From positions 1 to 33,845 of the IMG/VR virus record IMGVR_UViG_3300033076_000358: a stretch of DNA of 33,845 nt. One strand, given 5' to 3'. Origin of the DNA: a virus. Its lineage: Duplodnaviria; Caudoviricetes. Below, one piece after another: positions 25,255 to 33,617 of the stretch. The notes under the pieces were generated by a model. That model ran no database searches, was not told where the DNA came from, and was given only the letters and a program-made list of their open reading frames with translations. Position numbers and translations under genes: made by a program. The first letter of the stretch is position 1, and each line of letters starts with the position of its first letter.

Positions 25255-27733
25255 ATTCCGTTCCGCCAAGGTTGTATAGATATATACCAGAATACATCCT
25301 GCGACCGCCACCGCCACGTTGTGGTGAGATTGGCATACGCATGCGTAGTTCTCGTAGGAATGAGGTCATCGACAGGGCTGTCTCTCCGTTGATAGAACAC
25401 CACTTGTTGTAAGTAGATAGTAGTTCTTGTGCAGACACCATGCTTGCAGGGTTCGCTACTACACAGTCTTCTACGAACTTGGTGATGTGGTCTTCTTCGA
25501 AACGGTATTCGTTCGTAGCAACCTTTACAGCATCTGGTTCGGTAATACCTTGTGCGAGGACACGTCGTGCACCCTCAATCATCCAAGCCAACACTCCAGA
25601 GCCTTCAATTTTGACGATGTCGTCTGATAGGCCTTGCTTCTGTAGGGCTTCAGGAACTTGGTAACTGAAGTCAATCTTGCGGAGTCGACGCCAGAAACCC
25701 GAACCACCAGAACGCACTGATGGTAGGTGGTTTACTGCCAGGAATAGGGTGTGTGATGGTTTGAAGTCGAAGAAGTCCTTATACATTTTGCGGGCAGAGA
25801 TAGTGTCTCCACCTGTAAGCATTTTGATACGGGACTCGTTGAACTTTCCGTCTGGTCTTGTCTCTGATGCTACAGCGAAACGCACACCACGCAGGTTAGC
25901 GATTTCTGTCGCATGCTGTGTAGTGTTGGTGTCTAGTAGGAAGTTTTCAGGCATTGACCTAGCATAGGTTCCTAGAATCTTGGCTGCAATTTCGAGCAGG
26001 GTGGATTTACCGTTGGCACCAACACCTACAAGCACTGGTAGAACATGCCATCTGACTTCACCGATTAGGGCGATGCCCAACAGTTCTTGAATGTAGTTGA
26101 TTCTATCTTCATCAGTGATAACTAATTTTAAGAAGTCATCCCACATTGGTGTGGCTGTAGGTGTTGGTGCAACAGTAGTTTGCATAGTGTTGTAGTCCTG
26201 TGTAGGATCTGCATCACGCAGCACTCCCGTTTCCAAGTTAACTATGCCGTTAGGGGTGCATAGTTCTAGCGGGTTCTTGTCTAGTTCATGCGGTAACACG
26301 ATAATGTCTGGCACTGATTGTGCTAACGCTACTGCGGATGTAATCGCTGAACGAGATAAAGATTTTTTCGCCCAATCCATCCCTGCCTTTGAAGCATCAA
26401 GTGCTCCAAAGGACAGGGCGGATTCTGCAGCAAGTCTCTCGATTGACTTGGCAGTGTCTGGCACGTATGTGCTGTTCTCCCAACGATACCAGCCAAGGTC
26501 TGGGACGAAAATGTATTTGCCTTTCGCAAAGTCTGCTAAACGCTCCGCATTAGCCACGTCAGTATATTTGAACGCATCCATGGGCAAACCGATTGGAGCC
26601 AGTTCAGGAGCGAGTGCTAGTGAGCCATCGGTAGTATTCGACACGGATGCTTGTCCTTTTGGGAGGTCTGGAACTGCAGACAGATGCAGTTTGTGAACAT
26701 GGTTACGAACTTCTGACGCTAGTTTGGCTTCGCTATAGGTTGATACCATTTGCTTAGCCCATTTGAATGCGGTCTGAACTTCGCCAGGGTGTGGCTTACG
26801 TTTCTCACCATCAGTTAGCAGGTTAAGGAATTTGGCTTCTAGAAGTTGTGCCGCCTGATTATAACCCTCTTCAGTAAAGCAACCGTAGCGGACGGAAGAG
26901 TATAGTTTGATGGCTTGGGCAACAAGCCATGGGTGTCTGGCTTTCGGGTTGGCTTTATCGATAGAGTCCAAAAGTTGTGCTGTCCAAGCACAGTTCTCCG
27001 ACGCAACACGCCATTCTTCAGGGGGAGCAACAACAACAAATTCATCGACAGTCGTGTTGTCTGATAGAAAGCCGTGCGATTCGAGTGCTTCCACAACTTG
27101 CGAAAGTTCGACAGGATACGTGAAATCATTGAACTCAACCTTTACATCGATAGGGTTGACCGGATCTTTGTGGTTGATAGTGCCTGGTGCACGTAACACT
27201 CGTGGAAGGTCCGATACGTTATCAACTTTACCACCATAGAGTTCGGCTACACGTTGAACGAGTTGACCGAATCGGCGGGATACGCCAGCAACCATGCTGC
27301 GGTTCATGTCGTTGATTTCGCCGTCTTCTACAGCCCAGTATGGTTGTAGACCGTGTCCAGAGTGGACGATGGCACAAGGGTTTACGCCAATAATGGCGGA
27401 GATAGATTCGATAACACCCATAGCGTTCTCGTATGAGTTGATGCCTGAGTCTTTATAGTCTAGGTCTGCCCATAGAGCGTTTAGGCGAGTGATGTCGTTA
27501 ACGTCGCCTCGAGTGTTAGCGGAAGTTATTTTAGATTCGTCTACCGAGTTCACCATCGTGTAAACGTTCATACCGTTAGCGGTTAGGGTTTGAGCAAAAA
27601 TGTCTGCGTTTGCTAATGGTAGAGATTTAGAAGTCCAGGGGTTCTTTGGACCAAAGTAGCAGACTGTGATCTTATCGGTTTCAGTCTTGCCGAGCCTTGT
27701 GAACAGGCCAAGAATCGGCTTATCGATTTCCAT
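25238..27733 (-). CDS. Primase (AEP/RepB-like) fused to D5/P4-type SF3 helicase
   Basis: LWADLD, HSGHGLQPYW, RVLRAPGT.N.K; TD..NAERL; Walker A GVGANGKST; LTGGD.I.AR; FWRR. Confidence 0.92.
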   Translation of the reverse strand: MEIDKPILGLFTRLGKTETDKITVCYFGPKNPWTSKSLPLANADIFAQTLTANGMNVYTMVNSVDESKITSANTRGDVNDITRLNALWADLDYKDSGINSYENAMGVIESISAIIGVNPCAIVHSGHGLQPYWAVEDGEINDMNRSMVAGVSRRFGQLVQRVAELYGGKVDNVSDLPRVLRAPGTINHKDPVNPIDVKVEFNDFTYPVELSQVVEALESHGFLSDNTTVDEFVVVAPPEEWRVASENCAWTAQLLDSIDKANPKARHPWLVAQAIKLYSSVRYGCFTEEGYNQAAQLLEAKFLNLLTDGEKRKPHPGEVQTAFKWAKQMVSTYSEAKLASEVRNHVHKLHLSAVPDLPKGQASVSNTTDGSLALAPELAPIGLPMDAFKYTDVANAERLADFAKGKYIFVPDLGWYRWENSTYVPDTAKSIERLAAESALSFGALDASKAGMDWAKKSLSRSAITSAVALAQSVPDIIVLPHELDKNPLELCTPNGIVNLETGVLRDADPTQDYNTMQTTVAPTPTATPMWDDFLKLVITDEDRINYIQELLGIALIGEVRWHVLPVLVGVGANGKSTLLEIAAKILGTYARSMPENFLLDTNTTQHATEIANLRGVRFAVASETRPDGKFNESRIKMLTGGDTISARKMYKDFFDFKPSHTLFLAVNHLPSVRSGGSGFWRRLRKIDFSYQVPEALQKQGLSDDIVKIEGSGVLAWMIEGARRVLAQGITEPDAVKVATNEYRFEEDHITKFVEDCVVANPASMVSAQELLSTYNKWCSINGETALSMTSFLRELRMRMPISPQRGGGGRRMYSGIYLYNLGGTEYEDHY

Positions 27734-27756
27734 AATTATTCACTCCTTAGTGAATG

Positions 27757-27800
27757 TGAAGACCCCGATAGGAAAGGAGACGAAACTATCGGGGTCTCCA
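27757..27800 (-). other. 15-bp RNA hairpin with anti-SD loop TTTCGTCTCCTTTC between ssb and primase
   Basis: 12-bp perfect core agaccccgatag/ctatcggggtct, extended by a G-U pair on the - strand. Confidence 0.8.
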
Positions 27801-27802
27801 TC

Positions 27803-27811
27803 ATTGTAACA
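27803..27811 (-). promoter_or_regulatory. Extended -10 TGTTACAAT
   Basis: Predicted start site ~27797 coincides with the 5' arm of the hairpin. Confidence 0.55.
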
Positions 27812-27814
27812 CGA

Positions 27815-28387
27815 TTAAATCGTAACGATAGCCTTAACCTGGTCTACAGTGAGGCCAGTGGCTAGAGCGATCTGGTCAATACCTACACCCGACTGGGATA
27901 GGGAGTTGACTAGGTCAACCTTGTCTGCAGGAACACCAGCAGTAGCGACAGCAACACCAGCAGCCGCAGGGGCTTCAGCAGGTGCAGCAGGGGTGCCACC
28001 GAACTGGTTAGCGAAGTAGTCACGAGCCAACTTAGCGTCCGATTCGGTGAACGGAACTAGGATGAATGGTGCGGACTGACCTGGCTTTGAAGTGCCTCGA
28101 CCTAGACGACCTAGGACAGGCTTGTTCGAGCCGACAGATGGCTTAAGGGTTGAGATTAGTGCACCCTGGAAGAACAACACGTTGTCGTGTTCTTCAACAC
28201 CGTTTGCACCGTCAAGAACAACTACACGTGCTGCAATAGCGTCGCTGTCTCCGTAGTCGGTCTTGATGCCCTGACGGTATTCGGTAGGCCAGACAAGAAC
28301 CAAGTTGCCCTGGTAGTCGGCTGCACGGAACTTAGATGGTGAGGCAGGCTGTGAGAAACTGTCCTCGAAATAAGGCTGATTTGCCAT
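27815..28387 (-). CDS. Putative single-stranded DNA-binding protein with C-terminal HTH-like tail
   Basis: Beta-rich core (LVLVWPTEY, VLGRLGRG..K.GQ.APF.L) like actinophage SSBs; replication context. Confidence 0.6.
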   Translation of the reverse strand: MANQPYFEDSFSQPASPSKFRAADYQGNLVLVWPTEYRQGIKTDYGDSDAIAARVVVLDGANGVEEHDNVLFFQGALISTLKPSVGSNKPVLGRLGRGTSKPGQSAPFILVPFTESDAKLARDYFANQFGGTPAAPAEAPAAAGVAVATAGVPADKVDLVNSLSQSGVGIDQIALATGLTVDQVKAIVTI

Positions 28388-28410
28388 GGTGATCGTCTCC
28401 TAAACGATTT

Positions 28411-29163
28411 TTACTTGGAATTGGGTTGTGTAAACAAGTCGTCGACATATACTTCGACAGGCTCATCAACACTGGGGTATTCGGAACAAGAGAAGCAATC
28501 TTTGCTCGTGTCGAGCGTTCGTAAATATGCGTTCAAGTCTTCCGTAGAAGTAACCTTAGCATATATTTCGTTCGCTCGTGCAAGTGCATCGAGAGCAACT
28601 TGTTCATCGAATGGCTCGCTCCAGAAAATTCCTGCAGCGAGAGATATATTATTGCGTGGATAAAACTTAACCGCAACCTCATTGACGTTGTAGCCAGCGT
28701 TTTTCCAACCAAGCCCATACAAGTGGGCTTGGATTCTGTAAGTGTCACCAGGACCCTTGCGGGTCACTGATGCTAGTTTAGTGGTGCCGACCAACTTGTG
28801 GTCGATAACAGTGCCAGTAGATGTATCAAAGAGATCACAAGAACCCTGAATAACATTCGGACCGATTGCACCTACTGTGAGTCGGGTCTCGACGAGCCAG
28901 CGGGGTGTCTCTCCATCGACATTTGCCGATCTAAAGAATCCTTCCAGCATTTCATGCATGGACGTGCCGAGGAATGGTAGCCATGGTAAATCGTTGATAC
29001 CTTGTGGTTTATTCCTCTCCACACCTGCCAACTTGCGAGCCAGGCATCGGACACAATCCGTTCCAATCTCTGACGGCCCGATAAGCGTTTGCTGCGACCT
29101 TGGTTGGTTGGCAATGGCATCAAATATCACTGCTTCCATCGCTTGATTCACTGGATGATTCAT
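28411..29163 (-). CDS. Cas4-like PD-(D/E)XK exonuclease
   Basis: IGPSEIG..C.R, GT..H, E, GSCDLFD, DHK, Q.HLYG and terminal CFSC. Start after SD AAGGAG. Confidence 0.85.
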   Translation of the reverse strand: MNHPVNQAMEAVIFDAIANQPRSQQTLIGPSEIGTDCVRCLARKLAGVERNKPQGINDLPWLPFLGTSMHEMLEGFFRSANVDGETPRWLVETRLTVGAIGPNVIQGSCDLFDTSTGTVIDHKLVGTTKLASVTRKGPGDTYRIQAHLYGLGWKNAGYNVNEVAVKFYPRNNISLAAGIFWSEPFDEQVALDALARANEIYAKVTSTEDLNAYLRTLDTSKDCFSCSEYPSVDEPVEVYVDDLFTQPNSK

Positions 29164-29536
29164 TGTTCTCCTTGTTAATAAAGTTCTCAATATCGACTAT
29201 TGAAAGATCCACATCATTGCGAACTTTGGAAATCTCTTCCTTGAACGCAATAAGGTTAATGTCTTGCATCAGTTGCGAAGTCCACAGTTTGAATCCCAAG
29301 TGGGCCACGTCATACATCTTATCTTGCACCACCGACATTAAGAGCAGAGAAGAGAACACCATCATAGCATTCGCCTTCATCAAAACCTTTAACTCTTCAG
29401 TTTCTTCTTTACCGTCGACCGGCATGAGTTGTGTATGTAGTTCGCCAACATCAAGCATTTCAAGACAGAGAGCAGACAAAAAGTCTAGAGCCGCCTCATC
29501 AGATTGCAACTGTGGCTGTTTATTTTCTTCGGACAT
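29120..29536 (-). CDS. Hypothetical protein
   Basis: SD AAGGAG; abuts the helicase stop. Confidence 0.7.
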   Translation of the reverse strand: MSEENKQPQLQSDEAALDFLSALCLEMLDVGELHTQLMPVDGKEETEELKVLMKANAMMVFSSLLLMSVVQDKMYDVAHLGFKLWTSQLMQDINLIAFKEEISKVRNDVDLSIVDIENFINKENNESSSESSDGSSDI

Positions 29537-31030
29537 TTAACTCCTTAATGATGCAAGCACTTGTCTTGCATACTCGACTCCACGAGAACCATCTAACAGT
29601 TCTCGCTGTATTTTGAATCTATCGCCATTAGTTTCAGCGATAGCCAAATCAATTGTTTCATTAGACATCAGCCACCAAATCGTCATACGATGTTGACGAG
29701 ATAAGCGGTCGATACGGTCTTCAACCTGTTCAGCATCATCAGATGAATACGGGACATCAAAGAACACCATGTCATCAGCCGCATCTAAGTCGATACCTAC
29801 ACCCATAGTCATAGATAGTAGCACGACACGCAGTTTAGAATCATGGTCTTGGAACTCGGCCTGAATCCTGGAACGATCCGTCTCCTTCACAGAACCGTCC
29901 AGGATTTCAGCCCGAACACCACGCTTAGCCAACTCTCTCTGCAGCCAAGCAAGAGTAGCCCGAAAAGACGAGGCTACTACAACCTTAGATGGTTGGGGTG
30001 ACACAAAGTCAGGATCCATATATCCACGCTCTTCAAGCCATTCCTCTAACCAATCAAACTTACTAGATGAGAAGGATTCGCCAATACCTTCAGCCTGCCA
30101 ACCAGAAGTAATCGCTAGTTGACGGGCACGTAACGCATACACTGCAGGCGATAAAGGATTAGCAGTGCCTTGTGACGCTAAATGTTCACGCCAATAGTCA
30201 AAATATGCGGTGCGTTGAGGCTTATTCATGTCCAGGATGACGTTAATGTATTGTTTAGCCGGACGACCAGCCTGAATCTCAGCCTTAGTTCGTCTAATAA
30301 GATACAAAGCATCCCTAGAAATCCATTCGAGGGGTGCTCGCAACGATACAGGAATAATCAAGTCTTTTGTGCGGCCGCCAGGAAGCCTGATAGTGCGAGC
30401 CTCAAGGTTAAAGTTAGTAGCCAACCAATGCTGATGCGACTTATACACTTCAGGGAACAAGAACTTAAGTGTGCCATACCTGTTCTCTAGTTTAGAGCGG
30501 TCAGGTGTTCCAGATACGGCAAGCCTAAATGCTTTCTCCGCTAAAGTTATTAACGATAATCCTCGCCAGAATTGTGTGTATTGGTATCGCTGATCAGTAG
30601 CAGTAGGTAATACACGATGAGACTCATCGATGACAATATGAGTGAATGTAGGTAGAAAGAGATTAGGGACACGTCGTTTGCCACCTGGGGCCACACTAAG
30701 AGCGTCGTGATTAGCGACGATAATGGCGGGAGCGACAACACTTTCAATACGTTCATTCTTTTTCTCCGCACTTCCTGACGTCAAGTCATAAATGTTTACA
30801 TGCTTAGGCACGTATTTTTCGATATGGCCCTGCAGCCATGTAGTTTTAGCAGGAAACTTAGGGGCAAGGATGAGAGTAATACCATCATTAAACGCTCCAG
30901 AACCCTCAAGGGCAGCCAAACTCATTAAAGTCTTACCAGAACCAGGCTGATCGGCTAAAAGGGTTCTACGCTTAGCCACCATAAAATCGACAGCCGTCTT
31001 TTGCGGCTCCCACAACATTTCATAAATCAT
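29537..31030 (-). CDS. SNF2-family (SF2) helicase
   Basis: LADQPGSGKT, IDESH, SGTP, RRTK, G.GIDL and Q.EDRIDR motifs. Confidence 0.9.
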   Translation of the reverse strand: MIYEMLWEPQKTAVDFMVAKRRTLLADQPGSGKTLMSLAALEGSGAFNDGITLILAPKFPAKTTWLQGHIEKYVPKHVNIYDLTSGSAEKKNERIESVVAPAIIVANHDALSVAPGGKRRVPNLFLPTFTHIVIDESHRVLPTATDQRYQYTQFWRGLSLITLAEKAFRLAVSGTPDRSKLENRYGTLKFLFPEVYKSHQHWLATNFNLEARTIRLPGGRTKDLIIPVSLRAPLEWISRDALYLIRRTKAEIQAGRPAKQYINVILDMNKPQRTAYFDYWREHLASQGTANPLSPAVYALRARQLAITSGWQAEGIGESFSSSKFDWLEEWLEERGYMDPDFVSPQPSKVVVASSFRATLAWLQRELAKRGVRAEILDGSVKETDRSRIQAEFQDHDSKLRVVLLSMTMGVGIDLDAADDMVFFDVPYSSDDAEQVEDRIDRLSRQHRMTIWWLMSNETIDLAIAETNGDRFKIQRELLDGSRGVEYARQVLASLRS

Positions 31031-31344
31031 GCAGTCTCCCTAACGAATGCATCAATGTCTTCAAACACTGCGTATGTAGTAAACGATTCAGCCAACTCAT
31101 CAAGCGTAAGCAGCCGAGTCTGGAACGCATAGTTACCATTGTAACGCAACGACACCACATACCTGTTGGCATCTAACTGTAGCGGAAGAATATCTAGGAC
31201 CACCATATAGGCAGGCTGATTCTCGTTTTGAGATTCAGCCTTGCCTAGATAGGTGTAAGGCATTTTAGCGATCTGCCTAAAACCTAAACCCTCAAGCACA
31301 CTCTTGGCTTCATTAGACAATGCGGGTAGGTTATGTTTAGCCAT
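31027..31344 (-). CDS. Hypothetical protein
   Basis: Overlaps both neighbours; SD AAGGTG. Confidence 0.65.
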   Translation of the reverse strand: MAKHNLPALSNEAKSVLEGLGFRQIAKMPYTYLGKAESQNENQPAYMVVLDILPLQLDANRYVVSLRYNGNYAFQTRLLTLDELAESFTTYAVFEDIDAFVRETA

Positions 31345-31729
31345 CGCTATTCACCTTCTTCTTATCTCTACGATTCTTACGCAACGCATAGATACGCATC
31401 TTGTTACGTTCATAACCAGTCAAACCACCCCACACACCATCAGGAATATTGAACCTGATAGCATGCTCAGCACATTGCATAATCACTGGACACGTTTTAC
31501 AAATCTGTTTAGCAGTTTGCGTGTCAGCAACATTCTCAGTGCTAGCAAAGAAAGCATCAGGCCAGATGCTACAAGGCGGTTCGTCACATAAACGTTCGAT
31601 ACGCTCCATCAAAGCGATATGAGAGCGTTGCTCAGCATACGAGCCAAGCAACCCCTCAAAATCGAAAAGTTTAGCAGCATCCTCTTTCTGCAGGTTGTTC
31701 ACTGTCGTCTTTTGAATGTCTAAACCCAT
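31337..31729 (-). CDS. whiB: WhiB-family Fe-S transcription factor (start uncertain)
   Basis: C...PDAFF...AKQICKTCPV..QC...GVWGGLT..ER with a basic tail. Confidence 0.9.
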   Translation of the reverse strand: MGLDIQKTTVNNLQKEDAAKLFDFEGLLGSYAEQRSHIALMERIERLCDEPPCSIWPDAFFASTENVADTQTAKQICKTCPVIMQCAEHAIRFNIPDGVWGGLTGYERNKMRIYALRKNRRDKKKVNSDG

Positions 31730-32018
31730 CGGTTTCAGTCTCGCTTTCTTCAACACCACCGAGATAGGCTTTAGCAGCCGCCTCAAGCAGTTCAAGGTCT
31801 TCGTTATACTCTGGACTAACCTTACGCAAAGCCTGCTCTAGACCTCGAATAAGGCGAATCACAAGGTCAGTATCCACAGCATCCTTACGGATAGACACCG
31901 ATGCATGCATCTCATCTTCAGGGACGTAATACTTGACATCGACAGATAGAACAGTTGATTCGTTCTTCTGGTCTAGAATCGGGTCAAGGTTGTATTTGTT
32001 ATTCTGCTTAGGCATCAT
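31671..32018 (-). CDS. Hypothetical protein
   Basis: SD GAAAGG; acidic tail overlaps the whiB frame. Confidence 0.65.
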   Translation of the reverse strand: MMPKQNNKYNLDPILDQKNESTVLSVDVKYYVPEDEMHASVSIRKDAVDTDLVIRLIRGLEQALRKVSPEYNEDLELLEAAAKAYLGGVEESETETDGFRHSKDDSEQPAERGCC

Positions 32019-32313
32019 AACCTTTCATGTCAGGCACATCAGGGAGTGCATTATCGGTTACGCCACCAGTGCCGATAGCGTAAATATCATATAGCCCGTC
32101 CGGGCGGGAACGAATAGTGATCTTGATAGGCAATTTGTGGCGAGCCACAATCGCACGAAGACCACTATTAGAATTCTGTGAAGGTTCAGGCAGTCGCAAC
32201 CATTTACCAGGATGCTCCAGCAAAGCCTTCACAATGTCATCAAACTTACTCAACTTGTGCCCAGATCTTACAGGCGGCTCTTCCCAAATAACCTCGAGTT
32301 TATCTTTCATCAT
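32008..32313 (-). CDS. Hypothetical protein (possible DNA-binding)
   Basis: WEEPP...L..HPGKW pattern; SD AGGAG. Confidence 0.7.
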   Translation of the reverse strand: MMKDKLEVIWEEPPVRSGHKLSKFDDIVKALLEHPGKWLRLPEPSQNSNSGLRAIVARHKLPIKITIRSRPDGLYDIYAIGTGGVTDNALPDVPDMKGYDA

Positions 32314-32318
32314 CTCTC

Positions 32319-32525
32319 CTATTTGTCAGTGAACGGTTGCACCGTTCGTGAACGCAAAAACAATTCAACATCAGTGCGTTTATAGCGGATAGTGGCCGCA
32401 TTACTGCCACCAAACTTTACATAGCGTGGCCCCATGTTACGAGACCGCCACTTCTGCAGCGTGTTCATAGAAACACCACAGAGTTCAGCAACCTGTGCTG
32501 AAGTCAACATTTCACTCTCTGTCAT
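32319..32525 (-). CDS. Excisionase/AlpA-like helix-turn-helix protein
   Basis: LTSAQVAELCGVSMNTLQKWR...GP.YVK.G...IRY...DV. Confidence 0.85.
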   Translation of the reverse strand: MTESEMLTSAQVAELCGVSMNTLQKWRSRNMGPRYVKFGGSNAATIRYKRTDVELFLRSRTVQPFTDK

Positions 32526-32643
32526 CTAACTCCTGTTCATCATGCATATCGTTCATATAATCACAAACACATACGCCTTTGCAATAGTTGCAATACTCGT
32601 CATCCGGTATTTCATCAACATCATGCCAATCTTCAGGTATCAT
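32512..32643 (-). CDS. 43-aa acidic Cys-rich microprotein (not in the ORF track)
   Basis: MIPEDWHDVDEIPDDEYCNYCKGVCVCDYMNDMHDEQELDDRE; SD AAGGGAG; ATGA overlap with the upstream stop; fills the gap between neighbours. Confidence 0.7.
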   Translation of the reverse strand: MIPEDWHDVDEIPDDEYCNYCKGVCVCDYMNDMHDEQELDDRE

Positions 32644-32840
32644 TTGTTCTCTCCCTTGATAAGAGCGATAAAGTCTGCCTTAGAGTATTGAATAGTATTG
32701 CCGTCAGGTCTGAATACCCCGATAAAGTCATCAGCAAGTAATTCTTCTATCTGTTTGGTAATGAGTTGTTTTGATTCTTTGATTCCAGACTTACGCCCAA
32801 ACTCAAACCACTTGGCTTTTAGTTCATCTGTGTCGCTCAC
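32640..32840 (-). CDS. Hypothetical early protein
   Basis: GTG start with SD AAGGAG; coupled to neighbours. Confidence 0.65.
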   Translation of the reverse strand: MSDTDELKAKWFEFGRKSGIKESKQLITKQIEELLADDFIGVFRPDGNTIQYSKADFIALIKGENK

Positions 32841-33061
32841 TTGTTCTCTCCTTTACGAATCTCAATATATTCTTGGAAAAAATCCAACAACTTCTCCAAC
32901 ACATCCAAACCGCCATCATGGTAAGCAACATTCAAAGACATTTGCACAGGGTCATCAAACCGAAAGGCATCCTTACGCATAGACTTTACAGTCTTGATTT
33001 GATTCTTTATCTGCTGTTCAACAAACGCAATATCCAAAAGATACAACTCATCCTTACTCAT
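32837..33061 (-). CDS. Hypothetical early protein
   Basis: SD GGAGGAG; TAATG coupling. Confidence 0.65.
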   Translation of the reverse strand: MSKDELYLLDIAFVEQQIKNQIKTVKSMRKDAFRFDDPVQMSLNVAYHDGGLDVLEKLLDFFQEYIEIRKGENK

Positions 33062-33273
33062 TACAACTCCTCCAAAGTGTTGAAGTCGATGTCTACTTGA
33101 ATGCCTTTATTCTTTTCAGCACCGTTGTGTGCCTCGTGAAGCCACTCAATAGGTTGCTCACCTAAGTCAACTTGACTTGTAAACTTGCGGGCTTCTTCAA
33201 GGCTCTCAGCCTCAAAATAAACCTTCCACGTTTCAATAACGTCATACCAAACAACAAACGTTTTCTTAGACAT
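33061..33273 (-). CDS. Hypothetical early protein
   Basis: SD-containing leader; V.FEAESLEEA motif common in small phage ORFs. Confidence 0.65.
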   Translation of the reverse strand: MSKKTFVVWYDVIETWKVYFEAESLEEARKFTSQVDLGEQPIEWLHEAHNGAEKNKGIQVDIDFNTLEEL

Positions 33274-33275
33274 AA

Positions 33276-33563
33276 CTACTCACTCTCCTGAACAAACCTG
33301 CTCACACCATGATCCGCCTCAAGATGCACACCATCAGCAATACCATGAGCAACCGCATCCAACACTTCAGCCAACTCGAAACACACTTCACACGAACAAG
33401 CCCGGTAAATCTTATCCAACTCAACCAGCAAATCAATCACCGCACTACGCTCACGCAAAGTCGCTGCACGATCAGTCAACGACATCACAGACTCCATCTG
33501 TCCAGTCAACTCCGTAAGATTCTTCGTAATACGCTCAATCTGGTCACTAACTTTTCTAGACAT
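33276..33563 (-). CDS. Hypothetical early protein (CxCxxC)
   Basis: SD AGGAG; first gene after the non-coding array. Confidence 0.7.
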   Translation of the reverse strand: MSRKVSDQIERITKNLTELTGQMESVMSLTDRAATLRERSAVIDLLVELDKIYRACSCEVCFELAEVLDAVAHGIADGVHLEADHGVSRFVQESE

Positions 33564-33617
33564 AACTACTCCTAATCAACCACTAAAACCACTAACTGTT
33601 CCAGTCAGCGTGTCAAT

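Noticed and set aside
28411-29163. Cas4 as evidence of a CRISPR-Cas system
   Set aside because: Solo Cas4-like nucleases are common in phage replication modules; no other cas gene or array is present.
32319-32525. Temperate lifestyle inferred from the excisionase-like HTH
   Set aside because: No integrase, repressor or att site in the window; such HTHs also occur in lytic phages.
33589-33616. Early promoter with perfect TTGACA on the - strand
   Set aside because: No TAnnnT at 16-18 nt spacing (best is TAGTGG); plausible but not supportable.
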